Of a stretch of 64,000 nt of DNA, positions 25,136 to 38,510 are shown in pieces. Position numbers and translations under genes: made by a program. Below the pieces are notes generated by a model that worked only from the letters and a program-made list of their open reading frames with translations, was not told where the DNA came from and searched no databases. This stretch comes from Sphyrna mokarran (lineage: Eukaryota): assembly GCA_024679065.1 (NCBI GenBank), contig JAGIQG010000013.1, forward strand, positions 42,594,001 through 42,658,000. The letters run 5' to 3'. The first letter of the stretch is position 1; each line of letters opens with the position of its first letter.

Positions 25136-27495
25136 TATCTTCAAATACTATTTGTTCCCTCGCTGACAATAGCCCGGGAGAAAGACAGACAGTCGGAGTT
25201 GTCTACACCATCAAGGCAGTCAATTTACATGAATAAGGCCTAAGTTAAGACTTAATGAGCTTGCCAGCATTTTGCTGCCAGTTAAATGACTCCTGCTGAT
25301 TGCAGAAGCACTTAATGGAGATGGCTGCCTTGTGGGGAGCCAAAGATTTCATTCCCCAAACAGGGGACTGTGGATAGGAAAGGCTGCGCCATGCTGTTAA
25401 TTCCCTGGGCCTATCAGCCTCCCTCTGCTCTGGTTAATACATTAAATTTTATTCTCATGAGAATATCTCCATTTTTGACTTGGCTCGATAGCTGTCATCT
25501 CACCAGGAGAGGTGGGACTACCAAGGCTCAACTCAGATAGTGAGTTCGGAGACAGCCAGTCAGGATACTACCATTAAGAAGACTGCTCTGTCAGGCTTGC
25601 TGATGGTAAGTGTAGGCTCAGGACCTCCATTTGGTCCAAAATCTGGAACTGAAGCTTGTGGGCATGCACTGTCCAGGATGCGATTGTAAAATACATTACT
25701 TATTTATGATATTTATTTGTGATTTTGGATGTTGAACACAATGAGACAGTTAACCTGACACCTATTAGTTAATGAGAAGAAACATTCAATCATTTATCTG
25801 ATAGATTGTAAGAGCAATAGATTTGAAACCAGATCAATCAATCATTTGACCTTAATTAAGGTTTTAAGAAAAATATGGAGAGATGAGTCGCAGAATTCTG
25901 GTTGATTTACATAGGGCTTTGATTACACAGCCAGTCTGTCTGACACTCACAGATAATGCAGTAGAACTGTCATGGCCCAGCCTAATACAATTGATTTATT
26001 AGGGAGTTTTCAATTAAACTGTTGTCTCTGACATACAAATAAAAAGACAACAGCCATTTTAAGTGAAAACACTTTGTATAGGGAACACTAACAAAGAGTA
26101 ATTGATGGAAGTTCCTTGCTGTTCCTATTTGCATTGCCCTGATGCAATGAATGGTGATGGAAAGTCAAACATTTTTTTACATTCTTAAACCTTAAGATAT
26201 ATGGCAGTTTACAGGATTAGTGTTTCTAATATTTGCCTTGTCCCTTCTACAATGATGATGATTAATATTAACAGGGAATAATATCGCACAAGCAAGTAAA
26301 GTTTGTGGAATTTTCCATTGACTACAACAGGCTGAGATAAGAAACCTGAGGGGTGATTCTCCAATCGCAATCCGCAAATTTTCTGACGGGTCGGGTCGGA
26401 AGATGTGTGTGTTGGCCACCTTGCAGGTTCCCCGCAAGCGCTTACGACTCACATGCATGTCCCAACGAGAAAATAATGGCACCACTGGGATTGCGCTGAA
26501 AAACCGGCGTGCCGCTGATTTGCATTACTTACCAAATCTTAGCACGCTATTGTCGGGATCGACATGGCAATCTCTGCCCATGTTTGCGTTTTCCACTTTT
26601 CTGGCATGATGTCACTTTGATGCGAATCAGAGTAGGTATATAAAAATCTCAATCTGGCGTGGTAACCTTGAACTAACATTGGGAGTTAAGTGCTACTAGC
26701 AGAGCATGGGGGATGTTGCAGGCAGATCCTGGAGACGCCTGGTGGCCTTCCTCCTGCTGTCTTTAGGGGCTGGCCCATGGACCAGTGATATCTGGGATGG
26801 GGAGCTTCTACTTTCTCAAAGCTCTTCCTGTGATGGAGTCCTGCTCAGCCTTCCCCACCCCCAGGGCAGCACTGTAATTCATTATGGGAGGCTCCATCAA
26901 GGAGTCCTGTTCAGTCATCCCCTCCAGAGTACTTACAATGGTACTGTATTGCTGCGAGGTGTGGTCACGAACTCGACTGAGTGCTGGTATTTTGGAGCGG
27001 GGGAGGAATGCACGGTGCGCTGACTGAGGCCTAACCAGATGAAGTAGCTGCTGCTCCAAGTCGGGGTGCAAAGGTTCAGAGATAGACTGCATGGAATCTG
27101 CTGTTACTGGGAACATAGCTGATGCTGATTTGCAGTCTCTCTCTGCCTTGTGACCCGGGCCAGCAATACATAACTGCAACGGATGCTACCATGTTGTACA
27201 CATGGTAATGGCTCAAGGGTGTGCATTGCCCACGGCTGCACACAGACTTGCATAATCTCTGCCAGCATTTATCATGATAGGAATTTCATACAACCCTAAT
27301 CAGGTCACGCATGTCACCATGGATTGTGTGGTGTTGCCAGTTCTGACAAGTGGGAGTACTGACCCAAGTGAGGGATTGGGGTGGGGCTGGGTCTATGTAG
27401 CAAATGAAAATAATCTGTCACTCTATGTTCTTCTTAAACCCCACTGTGCAGATGAATCTCAGAGTGATCAATCTGGAGTTGGCCATTATGGTGAT

Positions 27496-27718
27496 CATGA
27501 TGTGGAGATGCCGGCTTTGGACTTGGGTAAACATAGTAAGAAGTCTCACAACACCAAGTTAAAGACCAACAGATTTATTTGGTAGCAAAATCCACCAGCT
27601 TTCAGAGCACTGCCCCTTTGTCAGGTGAATGGAGTTCTATTCATTAATGGGCCATATAAAGACTCAAGCTCAATTACAAAATAATGATTGGAATGTGAGT
27701 CTTTCCAGCTAATCAAGG
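27496..27718 (-). mobile_element. PLE pseudo-LTR inserted in the Harbinger; hammerhead CpG-decayed
   Basis: Same family as 40914; minus strand CAC-CUGACAA-A-GGGGC-AGU-GCUCU-GAAAGCUG at 27592-27630. Confidence 0.85.
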
Positions 27719-27854
27719 TACATTCAGCAAAAGAGGAGGATGAGGAGGCAGTTCAGAATGTGGCAGAAGAGATCGCTGCAGGAACAGCCAATCCTCAGGA
27801 AGGCAGGAGGCTGCCGCTGAGGGCCAGGAGGTGGGTGAATAGCCTCCCAAAAGG

Positions 27855-28662
27855 TTGCATAGAAGACAGAGGGTGCCAAAGCCAAGGAGGTACAGGCCCG
27901 TCAATTTCTTTGAGGCCCTCTTGGAGGAGATGTACCGTCACCAGCAGCAGGTCTCCAAGACCACAGTGCGACACCTTTGCGAAGTGCTCCCACATCTGGA
28001 CCTGAGGGGAGGGGGAGCCACCCTCTCCTGTGGATGAGGAGATTATGGCTGTCCTGAATTTTTATGCCTCTGACTCATTTCAGTCACCCAGTGTTGACCG
28101 ATCTCCCAGGTATTTGCGCACAGATCACAGGTGTACTGCACGGCTGGGCAGGGCAGTACATACATTTTATGTGCACAGCAGGAGGTCCGGGTTCTCAGCT
28201 TCACTGCCATTACTGGGATTCTCAATGTCCAGGGAGCAGCTGATGGCACACACATCGCCTTGTGGGTCCCTCACACAGGACTACAGTAATTTGTAATCAT
28301 CAAATTGTCTGTGATCATCTAATGAGGATCATGCAGGTCAATCTAGGGAGTGTCCATGACAACTTTGTGATTCCTGTACTCTTTGAAGTCCAGCCTTAGC
28401 TTCTAGGATGGTCACTGGATGACAAAGGATATCCATTAAGGTCATGGCCGATGATGCCAGTGTGGAGACCCGAGGCTGAGGCAGAGACCCACTACAACAA
28501 AGCCACTTGGTCCATCGTAGAGCAGTGCATTGATTTGCTGAAGATGCACTTCCACTATTTGGACCGCTCTGGAGGACTCTTCAGTATGACCCTGTGCATG
28601 CTTCACACATCATTATCATTTACTGTGCTGTTCACAACATTGCCCAGCAGTGGGGAGACTAG
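27855..28662 (+). pseudogene. Harbinger (HARBI1-like, DDE_Tnp_4) transposase, frameshifted
   Basis: AVLNFYASDSFQ, VQGAADGTHI, QIVCDH..GSVHDNF, LDDKGYPLRSW.MMP, HYNKA..IVEQCIDLLKMHFHYLD, CAVHNIA. Confidence 0.9.
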
Positions 28663-28751
28663 ATAGAGCAGGAGGTGGAGGAGGAGGAGCTGCAAGGGGG
28701 CAAGATAGACATCCCACCATATGAAGAGATGAAGGAAAGAGGAGGAGCATG

Positions 28752-29656
28752 TAGAACATAGAACATAGAACATAGAACATTACAGCACAGAACAGGCCCT
28801 TCGGCCTTCGATGTTGTGCCACCAATATAAAAAGCAATGCCCCTCCAAACTAAACCATTCCCTTCTCTTCCATATACTTATCAACTAACCTCTTAAACGC
28901 CACCAAACTTGGCGCATCTACAACAGCTGCAGGCAGGGCATTCCACTCCCGAACCACCCTTTGGGTAAAGAACCTACCTCTGATATCCGTCCTATAACTA
29001 TCACCCTTAATTTAAAGCTGTGTCCCCTCGTGCTAGCTTTCTCCATCCTAGGAAAAAGGCTATCACTGTCCACCCTATCTAAACCTCTAATCATCTTATA
29101 TGTTTCGATTAGGTCCCCTCTTAGCCGCCTCCTTTCTAACGAAAACAACCTCAAATCCCTCAGCCTCTCTTCATAAGACCTGCCCTCCATACCAGGCAAC
29201 ATCCTGGTAAACCTCCTCTGTACCCTCTCCAATGCCTCCACATCTTTCTTATAATGTGGGGACCAGAACTGCACACAATACTCCAAGTGCGGCCGCACTA
29301 GAGTTTTGTACAGTTGCAACATGACGTTGCGGCTCCGAAATTCAATCCCTCTACCAATAAAAGCCAAGACTCCATATGCCTTCTTAACAACCTTCTCGAC
29401 CTGACTGCCTACTTTCAGGGATCTATGCACATACACACCAAGATCCCTCTGTTCATCTAGACTACTAAGAATCCTACCATTTGCCCTATACTCTACACAT
29501 TTATTATTTCTGCCATAGTGCATTACCTCACACTTTTCCACATTAAACTCCATTTGCCACCTCTCGGCCCAGCTCTGCAACTTGTCCAAGTCCCTCTGCA
29601 AACTATAACACCCCTCTTCACTATCTACCACTCCACTGACTTTAGTGTCATCTGCA
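28752..29656 (-). mobile_element. Young CR1 LINE, 5' truncated (copy A)
   Basis: 247-aa ORF ADDTK..LVRPHLEYCVQFWSP..LRGDLIETYK; (ATGTTCT)n tail; near-identical to 55788 and 60047. Confidence 0.97.
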
Positions 29657-29799
29657 GACACGTTATCAGAAGTATCAGAGACACGTTAGTCACAGCTGTG
29701 AGTTGCAATTAAAAGTTGATTGTGTTCTTAAAATTATTGATTAATAAAATCTGACTAATGGTGACCTTCACCCGTGTATGCCATTTTTATAAACTACAA

Positions 29800-31500
29800 T
29801 ATTTCTACCTTGTGCAGTCTACTGCTTCTTCTAGGTGATATCCCAGGATGCACATTGGAGATGGATGTGTCCAGTTGTGGTGCAGGCCCATTGCCTGTAA
29901 TGCTCTTGGCCGATGTCCCTTGGGTGACCAGGACTTGGAGGGCCCTAGCTGACTTGCAGATGGCACTGTTTCGGTGCCATACTGTCACCTTGCTGGCCCT
30001 GAGATGCCTACTGTGATGAAGGGGAGGAATTGTAAGGTCTCCGGACGTCTGGATCTCCTGGGTGGAAGGCCCTTCCTCCTCCCTTGGGGTGCACAGAGGG
30101 GTCACTCATGGAATGCCAGGGTAGCTGGTCTGAGCTCCAGAAGCTCTAATGTCACCTGGCTCTGCCAGTCCTGGAGGCCTAGATGTGTCTGCCCCATGAT
30201 GTGTGGTCCCTCAGCCTAGGCCTTCTGAGATTGGGCCAAGCTGTGGAGCCCCTCCACTGCAGCATTCTGTGAACGAGCCAGGATCCAGAGCCTCACAGCA
30301 GTAGCCATCTGAGCCTGAGCTAAGTTATTGAGGTTCCAGCAATGGCCTGCCGTGCATCCAGAATGCCAGTGAGAGTCCCAGCCTTGGCTAGCATTGCCTC
30401 CCGCATGTCCTCGACATCCATAGCCATGGAACGCAGTGCTTCCTGGATACCAGAAACACACTCACCCATGGCCTGTTGTGTCTCTAGGATGGCCTGGACA
30501 CTGTCACCTAGAAGGACAGATCCCTGAGATAGAATTTCCACTGCGGTCGCTACCCTTGCAGTGTCGGCCTGATCGCATGCTATATCAGCACCACCCCCTG
30601 CAACATCACTCTGTTGGAATTCCCTAAACAGACTTGCAGTCGCCGCATGGTTGCTGACAACCCTTCCACAACTCCTCGGGTTTCCTGATGCATCTCCACC
30701 AGCCTTGGGGGAACAAACCCAGAGGCCCAGCTGATGGATAGAGGATCGCTGAATCCTGGCCTCCGGTAGATCTCCGTGTGCCCGAGCCTTCGGATGTGTC
30801 GGCCTCCACCCAATGAACATCAGCAATTACGATGTGCTCACCAGTTCGTGACCCAGAAGCTTCAACACCATGGCAATAGCCTCTGTTTTGGTGGGTCGTG
30901 TGATACATGCTGGTGCTGCTTCAGTGATGCTGCCTTTGGAGGATTCCTCGGTGCCTCCGTCCGAGATGTCATCCAGGGGGTCATGGGCAGTTTGCTCCAG
31001 AACAGCAGGGGTGGCAGCAACACCCAAAGGTCCAGGTTCCTCTGGGTCCAGAGCTGCAATAAAGAACACACTGTTAGGAGGCTCATCCCCGTGATGTGCA
31101 GCTGACCAACTGCGCAGCCAACTTTTCTCTCCAGATAATCGAGCACTCTGTGTAGGAAAAATCTGGAGGCGTGGCCCACACTGTCACACTGGGATGGAAC
31201 CAGAAAAGGTGGAAACTGGGAATCCCAAGAGCTCCAATAGAAAAGAAAAAGAAAATCTCACATATGCACATGGAGACTCTCTCTCCTCCCCTCCAACCTC
31301 ACACCTATATGCAGAAGGGAAACTCCCCCATTGAAAAGGGGATCTCCCATTGGAGCTCCCCAGAGGCCTCCTCTAACACTGCCCTGGAATAATGGCACTT
31401 CCTCCTGGCACTGCTCGGGAACAGAGTGGCATGTTGTGGTACTGCCTGGGCATACCTGTCTCCTTCCAGTGGGCTATACTAACTTGTGCATCCCAGGCAG
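29800..31500 (-). pseudogene. Harbinger partner (Myb/SANT-type) gene remnant, multi-exon
   Basis: Long helical segments (ADTARVATAVEIL..MREAML) convergent with the transposase, as in Harbinger; the Myb domain itself is only weakly visible (ATLFPSSARRK, ~31395-31430). Confidence 0.55.
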
Positions 31501-33939
31501 TTTCGATTTGTCTGCTTCATGTTTTTAAAAAACAGTTGCAAACCTTGCTGATGCTACATCACACTGGAGAGAGGAGAGTTCCAAATGTGGGGGGCAAAGC
31601 CCACTAATTATGTTTAAATTTATTGAAATGAGCCTTCCTGGATGGGAACCTCATTATGTCACTGGTAAGAGGCAGGAAAATGGGGACAACAAGATCATGA
31701 TGGCAAAGGCCTCATTCTCTGAGTCTATTGATATTTTACATCCACACCGCTGATTGCATTCAAGGTGAATGCAGGAACAAAACTGCAGCCAATAGTTTTC
31801 AATGTTGAGAATCAGCGTGGTGGCAGACAGCTCCAACAGCACTTTCCCATTCACCAGATTCTGTGCTTGCATCCTCATTATTTATACACAAACCTGTTCC
31901 ACTCTGAGTCACTGTCCCAATGCTATCTTTGTACACAATCCAGTACTCTCATATCACTCTCTCCAGTCCACCATCTCTACCAGACTTTCCAGAATGTTAG
32001 CAACCCAGAGGAAAAAGCCTAGCCATCTCAAGATAAATTCCCTGTTCCTCAATCAACCATTCTACTCCCCAAAACCATCACGTGTGAGGCACCCATACCC
32101 AATCTGGACCTCAACCCACTGTATCTAGAATTTTCAGCATCCCCTTCTAGTAAACAATGATATCACTTTGATCCTCATTTTGTGATCTTTTTGTGCAGCC
32201 TTGTTGGGACCCAGCTTCCCTCCCCCTGGTCTTCCCTCCACCTTCCACAGTTCATCTTCTTCATCCACCTTCTTGCCCCTCTGCCTGCCATTGTGAGCCC
32301 TCACCCTGCCCCCACTCTTGTACATCCTTCCTTCCATATTGCTCCCTTGTTTCCAAAAGGCCATATGACCTCACCCCTCCTGCCTTACCTCGCACACCAT
32401 CCCAAGTCAAACTTTAGGCATTTGTTGCGGTGGTTGCATGAGTTCCAGTGCTGTCCAGATAGACATTAGTGTATGGCACCAGGGAAAGGAGACCCATGTG
32501 CTCCCCAACCACAGGCGATTTGATGATCTGACTCGGTGACAGAGGAGTGTCCATGGGTCGACAGCAGAGTATTGTCATGAAAACCATCTTCAGGTGAGAG
32601 TCATCATACAGCACAGTAAAAGCCCTTCGGCCCGTTGAGTCTGCATCAACAATAGTTACAACAATATTAACTCCATTTTCCTGTTCCTGTTCCATATCCT
32701 TGAAAGTTACATGTTTCAAGCACCCATCCAAGTATGCTGGAATGTGTGGAATGAAAAAGAAAAAAAAATCAGCACAGTTGCCACACAGAAAAAATGGTTG
32801 AATTAAATTGGTGAGGCAAATATATGAGGCATTACATTGCAATTAATTTGTATATTGTATCTCCTTATTTCCGCTGCACAAATTTCATTTAAGAAGTAAA
32901 AACCTTCTTTCTATTTCTGATTACTTCAATCCAGTCTCCATTACCGCAAGCCCAAAACATAATATTATACTCAAAATAATGTGCGAACAATGTCTAATTT
33001 AATAGCTAGTAATAATTAAGTTATATTTCTCTGGGAAATGTATATATAAATCCTGTAACAGTTAGGGTAAACCTAATATCTTTGTAGTTAAAAAATGTGC
33101 TACAGTCTAAATATATCTAAGTCTGTGCCTGGTTTCAGGATAATATAAGTTTCTATAAATTCATGCATAAATGTGAAAATATGGAAATTTGAGGAAGGTT
33201 GATCATTTATGAATAATGCAGTCAAAGTAAATAATAAAAATCATTTGTGTTTACATTTAAAGGGCTTGAGGATTACAGTTAATACATAAATAATCTAAAT
33301 GTAGTTGATGAGACTTTAAAGAATTCAAATGGAGATTTGGGGTTTTATTCCAGAGCAGTGCAATATCAAGGCAAGAATACTATATTCACAAACCTTTATG
33401 GCCATAGATAAAGTTCAATTTTGCCTCTCACACCTTGGTTACTCGACAATCAAAGTGGAGCAAAACATTCTAATCTTACTCTATTCAAATCAGAATTGAC
33501 CTTGATTAAAAAATCTTGGCTGGCCGAGTTCTCTGTACTTTGAGAACTACTAAAAAATAAAAGTCATGCACAAATCAAAGAGGGCCACAATTGTACACAA
33601 TGGCTGAGACATTATTTGAGATACAAAAAAATTAATTGAATCACCATAAAAATAATAAGAGGAACAGATTGCACAGCTATCTAGAAAGGGACTAATTGGA
33701 TGGCTCTTCAAAACGAACACAGACATGAAGAGCTAAATGGACTCTTTCTGTTCTGTTTCGTGACTTGATTCGAAAGATAATTGAACATGGTTGGGGCGGT
33801 GTGGTGGTTGATAACCAGCAACACAATATGGATAATAATGAGTCAGTGGCCCATCTGACATCCCTCTTGATTGAAATAAAAATGAGAAAAGATAACAAAT
33901 AGGTGACCAGCTCATTATTGCCCTTCCTTTATTATTCAC

Positions 33940-34180
33940 AGGATGTGGGTTTCACTGGAAAGGCCAATATTTATTGCCCCCCCCTCCTTAATTGAGAAGG
34001 CTTCATTAAGACAACTATGTGGCTTGTTAAAATTTTTATGAGCCTGGAGTCACATATAAGCCAGACTGACAAAGGATGGCAGGTTCCTTCCACTAAAGAA
34101 CATTAGTAAACTGGATGGGTTTTTTTTGTCAAAATGTGGCAGCTTCATGGTTACCATTATTGAAAGTATTCTTCCAACCT
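33940..34180 (-). mobile_element. Second tRNA-derived SINE family, 3' part
   Basis: GGATGTGGGTTTCACTGG..ATTTATTGCCC..GGAGTCACAT shared with 34245, 42945 and 63050. Confidence 0.65.
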
Positions 34181-34244
34181 ATATTTTCTTCAATTAACCA
34201 TAATGTAAATACTGCAGTGATTTCTTTAAAAATGTGTTTTTCCA

Positions 34245-34755
34245 AGAATGTGGGCTTCACTGCGTAGGCCAGCATTTATTGTTCATCTCTAACAGCTCTC
34301 CATTTTGGAGTCAACCACATTGCTGTGAGTTTGGAGTCACATGTAGGCCAGACTAGGTAAGGGTGTCAAATTTCCTTCCCTAAAGGATGTTAATGAACCA
34401 GATGCGTTTTTGAAACAATTGACAATGGTTTCATTTTTGAGAGCAGCCCGGTAGCACAGTAATTGCCCTTTAGTGTCCAAAGATTGTAGGTTAGATGGAC
34501 TAGCCATGGTAAGAGCATGGTGTTACAGGGCTAGAGTGGGGTCTGGGCCTGGGAATGATGCTCTTTTGGAGGGTCAGTGCAGACTCGATGAGCCAAATGG
34601 TCTCCTTTTGCACTGCAGGGATTCAATCTATCAGATTCCATCAGTTACCATTAGACTTTTTAATTCCAGATTTTTATTGAATTCAAATTTCACCATCTGC
34701 TGTGATAGGATTTGAACCTTGATCCACAGATTTTACCTAGGTCTCTGGATTTACA
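34245..34755 (-). mobile_element. Second SINE family copy containing an internally deleted HE1 (34443-34632, +)
   Basis: B-box-like GGATTTGAACC on the minus strand; body continuous around the HE1 insert. Confidence 0.75.
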
Positions 34756-35529
34756 CCAATCAGTTACCTTGGGCTATGCTCTCAGCATGGGACACTTATA
34801 GGGCTCACTAGTCAGTCCTTGCTACCTAACCATTGGTGAGGACCACACAAGATGGTAGACAAATGGTGGGGCTGACAGGAGGTTTCTAGATAGGTGCGGT
34901 TAAAAGCACAAAGAGAGGGAAGGTGTTGAAGTCTTGAAGTGGCGGGGGTGGTTAAAGCCTTCAAGGAAGGGGGAGTTTGCAGACTGGGAGTGGGTGAGAG
35001 AGAGATATGTAAACAAACAGATGCCTACAAGGAACATGCAGGGGAACGGCAGCCAAGTTGCGTCTACAAGTCTGAATTTTTCTCAGGAAATAGATCCAGT
35101 TAATGAGGATTTCCACAGCCATATCCAAAGGCTCATCATCTAACTCTGATTCAGCAAGAACCTCTTAGCCAGCTTTTTGTCTGAGTGACAAATTGGCTAT
35201 AATTGCCTCCACCTTGTATGGACATGTGTTTGTAAGGTGACCACCAGAATACAACCCCAAACGTAAACTGCATCTATAACCTCCAAGATGTGCAGGTGAA
35301 AACTGTGATGGCTCTTCAGACATGAAATTGTTTCCTTCCTGAGGTATTCTGGGGAATGGGGTTCTGTCCTGTGCAGGACACTGGCCTCAGCTCCTCTTAT
35401 TCCTGCTGGTAATTAGAATGGATACAAGAGAGAATAAGTGACTGTCTAGGCTGGCTCAAAGTATTGCACACATCAACTACCTCAATTTTCCAAGTTCTTG
35501 GAATAATGTATGTTTCCTCACTAGGTTTT

Positions 35530-35690
35530 TGGGAGAGGCTGATCATGCCCTCTGTACAGCAATAGTCTCTATCTTTGGCTGCCAGCTCAGAACTGCTTCT
35601 CAAGTTCAATGAGCAGCTTGAACTCATATATCCCTTCTCCTGCTTTCTCTCTCTCTCTCTCTCCCTCCTATTGTGGGCTGTATTCTCCAA
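35530..35690 (-). mobile_element. Harbinger Myb/SANT gene exon-2-like remnant
   Basis: ENTAHNRRERER resembles the exon-2-like pieces at 7152 and 13451. Confidence 0.45.
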
Positions 35691-36004
35691 GGCATAGATG
35701 GATCGTGAGCACTTTTGAAGATTCAGTCAATGTCTCTGAGCTTCTAGATTACAAACCCTGTAGCATAACCAATATGTTATTCCCAAAAGCATTTCCTGGT
35801 AACTCTACAGAGGACTGGGTCATCAAGTATGTTCAAGGCTGCGGTAGATTGATAATCAGTAGGGCAATCAAAGGTTATGAGGATGACAGGAAAGTGGATT
35901 ATCAAATCAGATGAGTAATTACCTCATTGAGTCCGCTCCCACCATTCAATGGACCAAATGGCCTACTTCTGCTTCTCTATCTGTTGGAATGCATTACCAA
36001 GCCA

Positions 36005-36306
36005 TGCATACTGTGAAGATTAAAAAAGAAAATGCTGGAAAATCTCAGCAGGTCTGACAGCATCTATAAGCAGAGAAGAGAGCTGATGTTTCAAGTCCGG
36101 ATGACCCTTTGTGAAAGCTAAAAGGGAAAAAATTGGGAGATATTTGTATTCATTACCCACTTTCTATGTCTTTTAGTTTGACAAAGGATCATTTGGACTC
36201 AATGTCTGCTTTTTTTCTCTCCTTACAGATGCTGCCAGACCTGCTGAGATTTTCCAGTATTTTCTCTTTGGTTTCAGGTCCAGCATTCACAGTAATTTGC
36301 TTTTAT
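36005..36306. mobile_element. Inverted-repeat PLE-derived element, second family, with hammerhead remnants
   Basis: 36022-36125 is the reverse complement of ~36170-36270 (AAAATGCTGGAAAATCTCAGCAGGTCTGACAGCATCT / AGATGCTGCCAGACCTGCTGAGATTTTCCAGTATTTT). Confidence 0.8.
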
Positions 36307-38357
36307 GCTTTCGTACTGTGGAGATCTCTGGTTTTGATCCCTGCATTGTAGCTAGAATGTTGATCTCGGCGAAGTAGCAGTCAGGGTACTATAACCTGTC
36401 TCAGTACTACTAAGTTAGACAGAGTACAGCCTGCCTTCTGCTGGAAGTGCTCCTGTACAGCTATCAAGTAAGAACAGATTTGTACTTAGTTGTGTTGCCT
36501 CCATAGTCACATAGTCTGCCAACACTTACTGTCAATGGTCACATTTGGACGAAGTTCTGGAGTGCACTTGGCACCACTGCAGTCAAAAATTGAAAGATCT
36601 CCAGAGTTTCAGAATAGAAGAGGAGAAAATGAGAAAGGAAATTATTACCTAGAAAGTTTAAACAAAACATACAAGTTTCTTATCTTTTTCAGAATACTGG
36701 ATGGGATTTTCCTGGAGGTGGAGGCAGCCTGTCATTGGCTGGCAGTGGGATCTACTAGCCAGTGTCGAACCTACCACTGCATGAATGGTTGGAAAGTTCT
36801 GGCCACTGTCTGATAGAAATTGTTTCTGTCAGAAATCTTAACAAAAAAATTGTAAAATTAATATTGACTGAACGAATTTAAAGAAATCAAAGCAGTTTGT
36901 TGTCCTCGTCAGGGTAATAGCAGTGTGTTATGTTTTTATTGGACAAACATGCACAATGTTAAACATGCATGGTACCTCACCTTGCACAGGGGTTTATACT
37001 GATTAGCCACAGATGTAGCATCCCACAGATGCAATAAGGACCTGTTATAAAATCCATATGTATTGCACAGTTCATTCAGCTTGGAACAATGCAACATTAA
37101 GGGCAGAGTTCTCCTGTGACTCCCATTGGCATATTCAATGGTGGTGAGTGGGAAAAATTTGGAAAAACAAAAATAAATTTCACACTGGCATGAATTTCCT
37201 ATGATATTTTCCGCTAGTGTCTGCCACAGCGGAACAGGAAACTCGCTGGAGACCAGGATGAAACTGATTTTCATCTCACTAATTGGATGCAGATGAAGGT
37301 CTGATCAGAATCTACCACCTATGCCTGATTCTCCAGGATAACAGCGAGAAAACACATTGATCTAGATCACATCTGGAAGAATGTGGTGTGCAGAAGTCAG
37401 GACTCACCTGAATGTTTCCTGGGGCTGAGTTCAGAATGGAGCCTGCCACCAATACTGGATCCCGGAACATCACTGCGATGGCTGGCAAGAGTATCTTTCA
37501 GGTGTATCTTCCAAATTCTGTATTATTGAAGAAGTCTATCTTCCGATCACAGAGTGTTCCTGGAGATTTATCTTCATTTTCAGAAGGTTCATATACTTCC
37601 ACTTCTTTCAATGATGAGTCAATGATATTGGGCACCTTTTCAATATGATAGCCAGATAACATGGTGGACTACACACCATCAATCCTGTCCCAGCATGCAT
37701 TACAATGAAAAAGACCTGCTTGCATAATTAATGCATAATCAATGAGATCCAGGCCTGAAGATTTGGTGTGGCTTCCTGCCAGTCTCCAGAGTGGGAGACA
37801 CCAGATATTCTCATCACTGCCACAGGATTTAGTCCCCCAGATGGGAGATATTTTGCTTGTTTCTCAATATTTCCTTGCTGCTACTTTACAAAATAAGATA
37901 TTATGTTAGACTTGGTTTGAAGTAAGATGATTTTTGAGTTGAAAAAGAAAATGAATCTGCATTTCACCCCTTTCAGCAAACATATTAACATTTCTGTTTC
38001 AGGTCTAATTTAACATATTGAAAATCACATTAATTAATTAATTCCATGCATGGCTGAAATGTTGTCTAAAATTGCACATGGCTAGTTGGATATTCTCCAA
38101 ATTATTTTTATTTCACCTGAATCCATATTTGTTGAATGAGGTTGTTTCATTTGTAAATACTACATTTAATGACTTATTTTATTCATCTGTCATTATGCAC
38201 TCATCACTGGGATGAAATTTAATTGCCATTTTTATCCTAGCTAAAATTTGCCAACAGCGCTTCTGTCAATATTTCACATATATACTTAGAAAATAATGTG
38301 TAGAATCTTGAGCATCTCTGATTATAAAGGACTTATGGCATTGTAGTGGAAATTATC

Positions 38358-38510
38358 AGGGGCCTATTGCTCAGTTGGTTAGATGACTAGTATGTTGTTG
38401 AGGATAGGACCAACAGCATGGATTTGATTTCTCTGCAGGCTGAAGTAGACTTGAGACTTGCCTCCTCACCTTGCCCCCAAAAGTGGAAGGTAATACCAAA
38501 CCACCACTGA
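38358..38510 (+). mobile_element. tRNA-headed SINE of a further family
   Basis: A-box-like TGCTCAGTTGGTTAG and B-box-like GGATTTGATT; no complete cloverleaf. Confidence 0.5.

Larger units (their letters stand above)
26350..31790 (+). mobile_element. Decayed autonomous-type PIF/Harbinger DNA transposon
   Basis: Left TIR-like GGGGTGATTCTCC with CpG-rich subterminal region; transposase on +, convergent second gene on -; right end uncertain. Confidence 0.75.

Noticed and set aside
27855-28662. Domesticated HARBI1 host gene
   Set aside because: Multiple frameshifts, deletions and stops, and it lies within transposon context.
28752-28780. Short direct repeats (TAGAACA)n as a CRISPR-like or regulatory array
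   Set aside because: No spacers; it is the CR1 3' microsatellite tail, also at 55788 and 60047.
36980-37040. 61-nt minus-strand AG/GT-bounded open segment (SLLHLWDATSVANQYKPLCK)
   Set aside because: Poor pyrimidine tract, short, no homology; expected by chance.
38358-38435. Possible tRNA gene
   Set aside because: Only degenerate A/B boxes, no acceptor stem, continues into SINE-like body.
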